This document shows positions 9,159-15,945 of a stretch of 64,000 bases of DNA, piece after piece; positions within the stretch are counted from its first letter, which is position 1; the number at the start of each line of letters is the position of its first letter. Position numbers and translations under genes: made by a program. The notes below the pieces were generated by a model. That model searched no databases. It was given only the letters and a program-made list of their open reading frames with translations, and was not told the origin of the DNA. Source of the stretch: a virus. Location: the IMG/VR virus record IMGVR_UViG_3300032307_000516, positions 1 through 64,000 of that record. The stretch is one strand, 5' to 3'.

Positions 9159-9221
9159 CGGAGGCTGTAAAGTCAAACAGTGAAGAATTTAAAGGATGAC
9201 ATCTTTAAATCCCTCCGACCA
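9159..9221 (+). ncRNA. CCA-ended tRNA-like mini-RNA with Pro-like acceptor end
   Basis: CGGAGG/CCTCCG-A-CCA closing two hairpins. Confidence 0.5.
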
Positions 9222-9222
9222 T

Positions 9223-9296
9223 AGAGGCGTAGCTCAATTGGTTAGAGCACATGCCTTATACGCATGCGGTCACGAGTTCGACTCTCGTCGTCTCTA
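9223..9296 (+). tRNA. tRNA-Ile(TAT)
   Basis: Cloverleaf, CATGC-CTTATAC-GCATG. Confidence 0.9.
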
Positions 9297-9300
9297 CTTA

Positions 9301-9374
9301 GGTCCCTTAGCTCAGTAGGTTAGAGCAACTGACTCATAATCAGTAGGTCCACGGTTCGAGCCCGTGAGGGACCA
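9301..9374 (+). tRNA. tRNA(CAT), probably Ile2 (lysidine type)
   Basis: Cloverleaf, loop CTCATAA, ileX-like acceptor GGTCCCT. Initiator and elongator Met tRNAs are found elsewhere in the window. Confidence 0.8.
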
Positions 9375-9465
9375 CAAAGATACGGATGAGATTTCTAAAT
9401 CTCCTACTTACTTATGAAAAGAAGGATTCCGTAACTAATACCATATAGTAGTGATGGTATTGTCT

Positions 9466-9548
9466 GCCCGGATGTTGAAATAGGTAGACAAGACGGACTT
9501 AAAATCCGTTGGCCATTGGTCGTGAGGGTTCAAGTCCCTCTCCGGGTA
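9466..9548 (+). tRNA. tRNA-Leu(TAA)
   Basis: Cloverleaf, loop CTTAAAA, variable arm. Confidence 0.95.
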
Positions 9549-9553
9549 CAAAT

Positions 9554-9660
9554 ATAATAGTGGCAGAGAGGCTTAATGCTGAGCATACATAGAGTCTGGG
9601 AATGTGGTATGTATGATACCTATACACGGGGACTCGCAGGTTCGAATCCTGTCTATTATA
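9554..9660 (+). ncRNA. Non-canonical tRNA-like RNA with expanded anticodon arm
   Basis: Acceptor ATAATAG/CTATTAT, D-arm, T-arm GCAGG-TTCGAAT-CCTGT; an 8-bp CATACATA/TATGTATG arm with 16-nt loop. Confidence 0.6.
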
Positions 9661-9663
9661 TAT

Positions 9664-9768
9664 ATAGGAGTGGCGGAAGCGTGATCTTTGCAAAGGTCCG
9701 ATAGATAGACGACAGGGTGTCATACCCGAGAATGAAAGTTCATATTGGTGCAAGTCCAATCTCCTGTA
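9664..9768 (+). ncRNA. Non-canonical tRNA-like RNA with D-loop insertion
   Basis: Acceptor ATAGGAG/CTCCTGT, T-arm ATTGG-TGCAAGT-CCAAT, GAAA-capped variable arm, extra hairpin in the D-loop. Confidence 0.55.
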
Positions 9769-9792
9769 CTTTTTTGATATATATAAAGAATC

Positions 9793-10164
9793 ATGAGTGA
9801 ACATATTAAGATATCAGGAATGGGTATAGAAATATACAAAAATGATATACCAGGTGTAAGATGGAATAAAGCTCAGTCTTTTGCTCAGATTCTTGGAGAT
9901 GGATGGAGATTACCAACTTTAGAAGAACTTGCTTTAATAAGATCAATAAGAAATATAGGTGATATAGGAAGATTTCCTGTAGAATATTCGGATTTTTCCG
10001 ATTCATATTACTGGAGTAACGAAGAACGCGAATTTACTACTAAAAAAATGATGGGAAGTAGTCTTAAAAGTACCTATGCTTACTTTTTTGATATGGCTGA
10101 AGGAACTTCTTCACACAATAAAAAGTCATACGAGCTTAGGGCTAGATTTGTTAGAGATATATAA
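9793..10164 (+). CDS. DUF1566/Lcl C-terminal-like domain protein
   Basis: GWRLPTLEEL and YYWS motifs. Confidence 0.75.
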   Translation: MSEHIKISGMGIEIYKNDIPGVRWNKAQSFAQILGDGWRLPTLEELALIRSIRNIGDIGRFPVEYSDFSDSYYWSNEEREFTTKKMMGSSLKSTYAYFFDMAEGTSSHNKKSYELRARFVRDI

Positions 10165-10167
10165 ATC

Positions 10168-10944
10168 ATGCCAACAACAAGAGCATTTGCATATAATCCA
10201 GCACAAGCAACAATTTCTGGAACTACAAATATAGGTACATTATGTGTAGGTGTATCTGCTTTAAATTACGGAGGAAATCCTGGTGGATTAACTTGGTGGA
10301 TGGGTCCGGACGAGGATAATTCTTATGTTATAGCTAAGGATGTGCCAACAGCAGACTTCCCTACTCCAGTAGGTAATGTTGGTAATGTACAATTTTGGAG
10401 ATGTTCTAACAACAGCTCAGAATTCACTAATCTTGTTACATTAATAAGTGGTACTACACAAGCATCTGCTTCTGCTGCTCAATCGTGGCTATCAACAAAT
10501 AATTATTGGACTAATTACACTAGCGGAGTAACTTTCTCACAACCTTTTGTAAATGGTACTGCACCAACAAATGCAGTAGAAACTGCTTGGAATACATTTA
10601 GAGCATCTTTAACAGGTTCTTATACACAATTTGTTGTATCTAATTCATTAGGGTTTAGTTTAACAGTAAGTCATGCTACTTCAGTACAGACTTTGGCAAA
10701 TGCACTAAGAAATGCAACAAATAATACCTCGGTAACTATAAACAGCGTAGTTTGGAGAGTAGGAACAGGATGTGGAACTCCTAAAATAGGTGGGGTTGCT
10801 GTTGAATTTTCCAACGTAGCAAGCTGTAGTTCATCAAGTACTATAGCATTTAGACCTATGATTAATAACTTAAACTGGGGAGGTATGGGTACAGGATCTA
10901 CTGTAGGACAGGCTTCACAAACAATGACACTAACATTTAGCTAA
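10168..10944 (+). CDS. Hypothetical Thr/Ser/Gly-rich virion-type protein
   Basis: 258-aa ORF with late-type motif upstream. Confidence 0.6.
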   Translation: MPTTRAFAYNPAQATISGTTNIGTLCVGVSALNYGGNPGGLTWWMGPDEDNSYVIAKDVPTADFPTPVGNVGNVQFWRCSNNSSEFTNLVTLISGTTQASASAAQSWLSTNNYWTNYTSGVTFSQPFVNGTAPTNAVETAWNTFRASLTGSYTQFVVSNSLGFSLTVSHATSVQTLANALRNATNNTSVTINSVVWRVGTGCGTPKIGGVAVEFSNVASCSSSSTIAFRPMINNLNWGGMGTGSTVGQASQTMTLTFS

Positions 10945-11096
10945 TGGAAACTTATAGAATAATAGACTTAAGAGTAACCCCAAATGAAATAGTACCAGGT
11001 AAGGAATCTGTTACTTTAGAAGAGGGACAATTATGGATAGACGAGAACGGAGGAGATTGTCCATTGTGCGACTATACGCTATTAATCAATGAATAA
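10944..11096 (+). CDS. Small hypothetical protein (50 aa; not in ORF track)
   Basis: TAATG overlap with the upstream gene; METYRIIDLRV...CPLCDYTLLINE. Confidence 0.5.
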   Translation: METYRIIDLRVTPNEIVPGKESVTLEEGQLWIDENGGDCPLCDYTLLINE

Positions 11097-11202
11097 ATGT
11101 AGATTTTTTAAAATAATTTGAAAAAAATACAAAAAACATTTTTTTAAACGGGAACTTTTCCGTACTTTTGGAGTATATAATAAAAAAGGAACAAAACTTT
11201 CA

Positions 11203-11292
11203 ATGAAACACTTTTTAAATATCGAAATGGATCTTCAGCTTCTAAAAGGAGACGAACGTCTTGAGGATACAAATAAGTGTCAGAGGAAATAA
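11203..11292 (+). CDS. Attenuator leader peptide 2 (MKHFLNIEMDLQLLKGDERLEDTNKCQRK)
   Basis: Core enriched in GAR, GAY and CTN codons; the 3' end carries the antiterminator strand. Confidence 0.75.
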   Translation: MKHFLNIEMDLQLLKGDERLEDTNKCQRK

Positions 11293-11362
11293 ATTTATAT
11301 AAAGATATAATTTAAACCTCTGATAACCTCAGAGGTTTTTTTGTTTTATACGCTCTTTGAAA
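11278..11362 (+). promoter_or_regulatory. Attenuator 2: antiterminator/terminator switch plus boxA
   Basis: TGTCAGAGG (11278-86) pairs with CCTCTGATA (11317-25), competing with AAACCTCTGA/TCAGAGGTTT plus T-run; CGCTCTTTGAAA at 11351. Confidence 0.78.
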
Positions 11363-11366
11363 TTAT

Positions 11367-11441
11367 GGTCCCTTCGTCTATCGGTTAGGACGTTAGGTTT
11401 TCATCCTAGAAAGAGGGGTTCGATTCCCCTAGGGACTACCA
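11367..11441 (+). tRNA. tRNA-Glu(TTC)
   Basis: Cloverleaf, loop TTTTCAT, encoded CCA. Confidence 0.92.
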
Positions 11442-11446
11442 GAAAA

Positions 11447-11520
11447 GGTCCTACAGTCCAGTTGGAGTGGACGCCGCCCTGTCACGGCGGAGATCGCGGG
11501 TTCGAGTCCCGCTAGGACCG
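11447..11520 (+). tRNA. tRNA-Asp(GTC)
   Basis: Cloverleaf, loop CTGTCAC, G73. Confidence 0.95.
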
Positions 11521-11618
11521 CTAAAACTTATGCTACATAGAGCAAAGCAGAAAGGTACGATCTGGTACACTATGAAGTACAAATAGAAAGTCAGATCATA
11601 AGTTTTAAAAAATTATAT

Positions 11619-11691
<73 letters not shown>

Positions 11692-11905
11692 CTAATAAGT
11701 TATTTGAAATATTTGCGAAAAGTTCGATGGAATCAATTATAGGTCCAGGGCACAAATCCGTGTGAGGAATCCAATTGATAGAAGAACCTTCTACTGAGTA
11801 ATGCACGTACACGTGATATCCATAGAAAAGTCCTAATAAGTTAAAGGCAAAGGAGTTGATAATACCGGTTAAAAACAACTTTATCTCTTTAGATAGCAAA
11901 TAAAT

Positions 11906-11985
11906 GCCCTCGTGGTGGAATTGGTAGACACGCTAGACTTAGGATCTAGTGCGAAAGCGTGAGAGTTCGAGTCTCTCCGAGGGTA
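11906..11985 (+). tRNA. tRNA-Leu(TAG)
   Basis: Cloverleaf, loop CTTAGGA, variable arm. Confidence 0.95.
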
Positions 11986-11987
11986 CT

Positions 11988-12485
11988 ATGAAAGTTATAT
12001 TTTTAGATTTTGATGGTGTTCTTAATCTTATACCTCAAGGACATGACTATTACGGAGGGATTTTTCACCCTGAATTTGTCGGCAACCTAGGTAGGATTAT
12101 AGAGGAAACTGGAGCAAAACTTGTGATAAGCTCTTCGTGGAGAACTATGGGATTGGAAAGACTTAGAATGATGTGGGAACATCGTTTATATCCAGGAGAC
12201 ATCATAGGAGTTACCCCAGATCTTAGATGGAGGACAAAAAAAGATGCTATGGAATTAAACGAAGTCGAGTACGTTAGAGGAGATGAAATAGAGTCATGGC
12301 TAAATCTACATCCGGAGGTAACTAATTATGTTATACTTGACGATGATGATGATATGTTACAATCACAAAGAATAAACTTTGTAAGAACATCTGATAATAT
12401 TAATCATCCTGATTGCATTGATATAGGATACGGATTAACTAATATTTGTTCTAACGATGCAATTAGAATTTTAAACAGAAAATAA
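11988..12485 (+). CDS. HAD phosphatase, Swiss-army-knife RNA-repair type (HAD_SAK_2-like)
   Basis: IFLDFDGV, ISSSWR, RGDEI and ILDD motifs; ATG at 11988 lies just after the tRNA. Confidence 0.85.
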   Translation: MKVIFLDFDGVLNLIPQGHDYYGGIFHPEFVGNLGRIIEETGAKLVISSSWRTMGLERLRMMWEHRLYPGDIIGVTPDLRWRTKKDAMELNEVEYVRGDEIESWLNLHPEVTNYVILDDDDDMLQSQRINFVRTSDNINHPDCIDIGYGLTNICSNDAIRILNRK

Positions 12486-13054
12486 TGAAAGTTATATTTT
12501 TAGATCATGATGGAGTAATTTGTCTTTCCCAGCAATTTGGTGGGCGTTACAAAAAGCAGACTAAAGCTAGAACTAAGCTTTCTCAAAACGTGATGGATTT
12601 TCCAGTCGATGCTAGATTTGATAACTTCGATAAGAAAGCTATTAAAGTTCTAAACCTAATCTTAGAAGATACTGGAGCTGAAATAGTTGTTTCTTCTGAT
12701 TGGAAGAACTGGGCAAATGTTGAAGAAATGGGCGAATATTACGAACAACAAGGTATAATTAAAAAGCCTATTGATTTTACACCTAGAGAATACACAATGC
12801 CAGAGAAACAAGAATGGCATCCAGACTGGGATTTAGAAGCATCAAGAACTTTAGAAATCCAAGAATGGCTAAAAGATCATCCAGAGGTTACTCATTGGGT
12901 AGCAATAGATGATTTAGATATGAGCTTTAAAGAGGTATCAAATAATAGAAGCGGTACTGGCTGGGGCTTAAAAAACTTTGTACACACCCCAAGTATCACT
13001 GAAGGGATTAAAAAAATGGGTATAAAAGAAAAAGTTTTAAAATTTTTAAAATAA
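12485..13054 (+). CDS. HAD phosphatase, HAD_SAK_2-like paralog
   Basis: IFLDHDGV, VSSDWK, RTLEI and AIDD motifs. Confidence 0.85.
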   Translation: MKVIFLDHDGVICLSQQFGGRYKKQTKARTKLSQNVMDFPVDARFDNFDKKAIKVLNLILEDTGAEIVVSSDWKNWANVEEMGEYYEQQGIIKKPIDFTPREYTMPEKQEWHPDWDLEASRTLEIQEWLKDHPEVTHWVAIDDLDMSFKEVSNNRSGTGWGLKNFVHTPSITEGIKKMGIKEKVLKFLK

Positions 13055-13137
13055 TTTCAAAAAACATTTTTTTATTTAAAAAATATATTGTACTTTTACG
13101 AAACTATTCTGGAAACAGGATATATAATTAAGAAAAA

Positions 13138-13245
13138 ATGAAAAACTGTAGTAAACATAACATCAATCGCATGAACAGTCAAATTAATGGCTGCTATCAA
13201 ACGGTGGCGTTTTGGGCTAAGGGGAAAGAACCCGATCGAAGCTAA
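13138..13245 (+). CDS. Attenuator leader peptide 3 (MKNCSKHNINRMNSQINGCYQTVAFWAKGKEPDRS)
   Basis: Codons 2-30 encode exactly the 16 amino-acid types served by tRNA operon 3. Confidence 0.85.
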   Translation: MKNCSKHNINRMNSQINGCYQTVAFWAKGKEPDRS

Positions 13246-13319
13246 TACAGAAAATCATAATTAGATATTTTGGAAAAGGCTTCGATTTAATCGAAGCCTT
13301 TTTTATTTGTTCTTTGACA
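13234..13319 (+). promoter_or_regulatory. Attenuator 3: antiterminator/terminator switch plus boxA
   Basis: GATCGAAGC (13234-42) pairs with GCTTCGATT (13279-87), competing with AAAAGGCTTCGA/TCGAAGCCTTTT; TGTTCTTTGACA at 13308. Confidence 0.82.
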
Positions 13320-13332
13320 TACTGGAAAAAAT

Positions 13333-13405
13333 GGTACCGTAGCTCAGTTGGTAGAGCACTAGACTGAAAATCTAGGTGTCGCCGGTTCGATTCCGGCCGG
13401 TACCA
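13333..13405 (+). tRNA. tRNA-Phe(GAA)
   Basis: Cloverleaf, loop CTGAAAA. Confidence 0.95.
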
Positions 13406-13476
13406 CAATACTAAACAAGAAATTGTCTCACTAAACTAATCATGTTTAGTATTACAAAAACAAGTTTAGTAACAAT

Positions 13477-13550
13477 GATCTCGTAGCTCAGTTGGCTAGA
13501 GCACCTCACTTTTAATGAGGGAGTCGAGGGTTCGAGCCCCTCCGGGATCA
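13477..13550 (+). tRNA. tRNA-Lys(TTT)
   Basis: Cloverleaf, loop CTTTTAA. Confidence 0.95.
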
Positions 13551-13556
13551 CTACAC

Positions 13557-13629
13557 ACGTCAGTAGCTCAATTGGTAGAGCGTTGGTCTCCAAAACCAAA
13601 GGTCGTAGGTTCGATTCCTACCTGGCGTG
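13557..13629 (+). tRNA. tRNA-Trp(CCA)
   Basis: Cloverleaf, loop CTCCAAA. Confidence 0.95.
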
Positions 13630-13635
13630 CTAAAA

Positions 13636-13708
13636 GGCTCTGTAGTTCAAGGGATTAGAATGGATCACTACGGATGATCTGATCCTGGTTCGAATCCAGG
13701 TGGAGTCT
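13636..13708 (+). tRNA. tRNA-Arg(ACG)
   Basis: Cloverleaf, loop CTACGGA. Confidence 0.9.
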
Positions 13709-13719
13709 CAAACAAATAA

Positions 13720-13791
13720 GGTCGTGTGGTCGAGTGGTTTAGGCACTAGTCTGCAAAACTAGTTATACTGGTTCAATTCCAGTCACGGCCT
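13720..13791 (+). tRNA. tRNA-Cys(GCA)
   Basis: Cloverleaf, loop CTGCAAA, U73. Confidence 0.93.
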
Positions 13792-13925
13792 CAAAAAATG
13801 TAAGAAGTATGAAAATAGTTATTGAAGGAAAAATGAAATCGTCGAATCACAGATTAAATGCGATTCCAGTTAAAATTGAAAGAAAAAATTCTCTAATCAA
13901 AAGAATCAAAAGATTGATTAATAAA

Positions 13926-14011
13926 GGAAAGTAATCTCAGATGGTGACGGGGCTCGCCTGCTAAGCGAAGCGTACCTTAATTGGTATTTGGTTCGATTCC
14001 AATTCTTTCCG
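13926..14011 (+). tRNA. tRNA-Ser(GCT), somewhat divergent
   Basis: Loop CTGCTAA, variable arm, G73; mismatches at stem ends. Confidence 0.8.
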
Positions 14012-14017
14012 CAACAT

Positions 14018-14091
14018 TGACATATAGCTCAGTTGGTTAGAGCGTTGATCTGATACGTCAAAGGTCGAAGGTTCGAATCCTTCTATGTCAA
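14018..14091 (+). tRNA. tRNA-Ile(GAT)
   Basis: Cloverleaf, loop CTGATAC. Confidence 0.93.
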
Positions 14092-14154
14092 CTTAAAAAT
14101 TATAAAAATGAAAAAAGAATTTGACAACTTGTAGGTTTAATTAAACCCTACAAG

Positions 14155-14346
14155 ATGAGTAAAAACACAAACAGAGCAAAACTGAACAAAGCAATGAATG
14201 GTAGAGAACACAGAAACATTTTAAATAATGCTCTTTATCCTCCATACAGTGAATATGATCACACATGGTGGCATGGAAATTTATCCAATCACAAATGGAG
14301 ATCATACAAAACCTGGAAACACAACAGAAAAACAAAATGGAAGTAA
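14155..14346 (+). CDS. Small basic Trp-rich protein inside the tRNA operon
   Basis: 63-aa ORF filling the tRNA spacer, ending KTWKHNRKTKWK. Confidence 0.55.
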   Translation: MSKNTNRAKLNKAMNGREHRNILNNALYPPYSEYDHTWWHGNLSNHKWRSYKTWKHNRKTKWK

Positions 14347-14357
14347 TTCCATTTTAC

Positions 14358-14430
14358 AGTCTCTTAGCTCAGTTGGTAGAGCGCTTGGTTTACATCCAAG
14401 ATGTCGGGGGTTCGAGCCCCTCAGGGACTA
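14358..14430 (+). tRNA. tRNA-Val(TAC)
   Basis: Cloverleaf, loop TTTACAT. Confidence 0.95.
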
Positions 14431-14433
14431 CAA

Positions 14434-14586
14434 GATTAGAAGCGGTAGATTTGGTTACTTCGCACTTTTAATGCCCGTGTCGGGGGTTCGAATCCCTCAT
14501 CTAGCTCCATAGCAGATCCTAGGATTTGTGCTAGATTAGCTCAGCGGTAGAGCAGGTTCCAAACCAAATCTAAATATTCTCTAATC
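14434..14586 (+). ncRNA. Y-RNA-like element 4 containing a circularly permuted tRNA-Lys(TTT)
   Basis: GATTAGA-AGCGG-TAGATTTGGT-TACTTC [tRNA 3' half, CCA, linker, tRNA 5' half] ACCAAATCTA-AATATTC-TCTAATC. Confidence 0.8.
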
Positions 14587-14592
14587 CTAATA

Positions 14593-14680
14593 TTGATTAG
14601 AAGCGGTGAAAGGGGTTACTTCTCAAAACCTTGTAAATTTTTGACCAAAAAACCACCCCGATTAAATATTCTCTAATCAA
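14593..14680 (+). ncRNA. Y-RNA-like element 5 (short form)
   Basis: TTGATTAGA-AGCGG...GGGGT-TACTTC...ACCCC...AATATTC-TCTAATCAA. Confidence 0.7.
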
Positions 14681-14684
14681 AACT

Positions 14685-14756
14685 GGGGATGTAGCTCAGC
14701 GGTAGAGCTCCCGACTGTTAATCGGTAGGTCGCTGGTTCGAATCCAGCCTTCCCCG
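14685..14756 (+). tRNA. tRNA-Asn(GTT)
   Basis: Cloverleaf, loop CTGTTAA, G73. Confidence 0.92.
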
Positions 14757-14792
14757 CAATTCAGAGTGTTGAGCAATTGGTTGCTCAGCTGA
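14756..14792 (+). repeat. Truncated duplicate of the tRNA-Tyr 5' half (direct repeat of 15940-15976)
   Basis: GCAATTCAGAGTGTTGAGCAATTGGTTGCTCAGCTGA versus GCACTTCGGAGTGTTGAGCAATTGGCTGCTCAGCTGA (3 mismatches). Confidence 0.85.
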
Positions 14793-14829
14793 TAAAAGAA
14801 TATATTATATTTAGATTCAATTTTAAGTT

Positions 14830-15765
14830 ATGACAGGATACCATATATACTACCAAACATCAGAAGATGGAGAATATGAGCAAATAAATTATTTAGTTCA
14901 ATTAGCTTCAATTTTAAATTGGAAAAAGAATTATGGCCCCATCAAATTGTATTGTAACCAAAGATTTCTAGAGTCTATATCCAAATATGGAATTGATAAA
15001 GAATATGATTTTATTGATACTGAGTATTTAGAATCAGTTCCATATAAAGATAGTATGTCGACATTTTGGAGCTTTTGCAAAATTTATGTCGCTAAAAAGA
15101 TTGTCGAAACTGAATCGGAATTTTGTATTTTAGATACTGATTTATGGATTCAAGCGCCTGACTTATTAAGTCAAGAACATGATTTAGTTTTACATCACGC
15201 TGAAGCTTATGATCTAAATTATGATCGCAACCCATATCCAGATCCTAGAAATTGGTTAATTGAGTCAGAGATAGAAGAATATGATTGGAATACCTCTCCC
15301 GCAAATTGCGCGATATTGTATTTTAAAAATAAAAGTAAAGAGTTAATAGATGCTTGGTATGAATTTGCAATTAAAATAGTAGAGCGTCATAAAGATAATA
15401 ATACAGAACCGAATTTGCGTTGCGGTACTATTTTTATCGAGCAACGTCTATTACCTACAATAGCAAAGAAAATGGGTATATCAATGACGGTCGTGTCTCC
15501 TTGTACTTATTTAACTTGGATACCAGCTTCATTGGCTGATGGGCGGGAATGGAGGCCTTCATTAGATTATTCAGAACGATCTTTATATATTGGTTCTAAT
15601 ATTAAACATGTATGGGGAGCAAAAAAGTTTTATTCTGAAAATTGGATTCGGGAGTTAATAATTGACAATGCTATGATAGGAATTAATTTAGTTCAGAATC
15701 AAGAAAGAAAGTATTTTAAGTTATACAGTGATGTGCATGAAGTGCATCCAAAAAAATATATTTAA
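14830..15765 (+). CDS. Putative GT-A fold nucleotide-diphospho-sugar transferase
   Basis: FWSFCKIY...ILDTDLW (DxD), NCAIL, IFIEQRLL and HVWG motifs. Confidence 0.65.
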   Translation: MTGYHIYYQTSEDGEYEQINYLVQLASILNWKKNYGPIKLYCNQRFLESISKYGIDKEYDFIDTEYLESVPYKDSMSTFWSFCKIYVAKKIVETESEFCILDTDLWIQAPDLLSQEHDLVLHHAEAYDLNYDRNPYPDPRNWLIESEIEEYDWNTSPANCAILYFKNKSKELIDAWYEFAIKIVERHKDNNTEPNLRCGTIFIEQRLLPTIAKKMGISMTVVSPCTYLTWIPASLADGREWRPSLDYSERSLYIGSNIKHVWGAKKFYSENWIRELIIDNAMIGINLVQNQERKYFKLYSDVHEVHPKKYI

Positions 15766-15851
15766 AATAAATTAAAAAATATTTGGTACTTACAAATGGT
15801 AACACCTTATATTTATATATAGTTAAAAAGAAATAGTTCTTTAAAAATATT

Positions 15852-15940
15852 GGAAGGGTGACAGAGTTGGTCTATCGCGCCGGTCTTGAAAACCGGTGAA
15901 CTCGAAAGGGTTCAGTGAGTTCGAATCCAACCTTCCCTCG
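15852..15940 (+). pseudogene. Degenerate tRNA-Ser(TGA)
   Basis: Anticodon and variable arms intact, but the T-stem and acceptor 3' strand are out of register. Confidence 0.7.
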
Positions 15941-15945
15941 CACTT

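Noticed and set aside
13851-13902. Possible sixth Y-like element (GATTAAATGCG...ATTCTCTAATC)
   Set aside because: It lacks AGCGG, TACTTC and the inner stem, and lies in a plausible small ORF.
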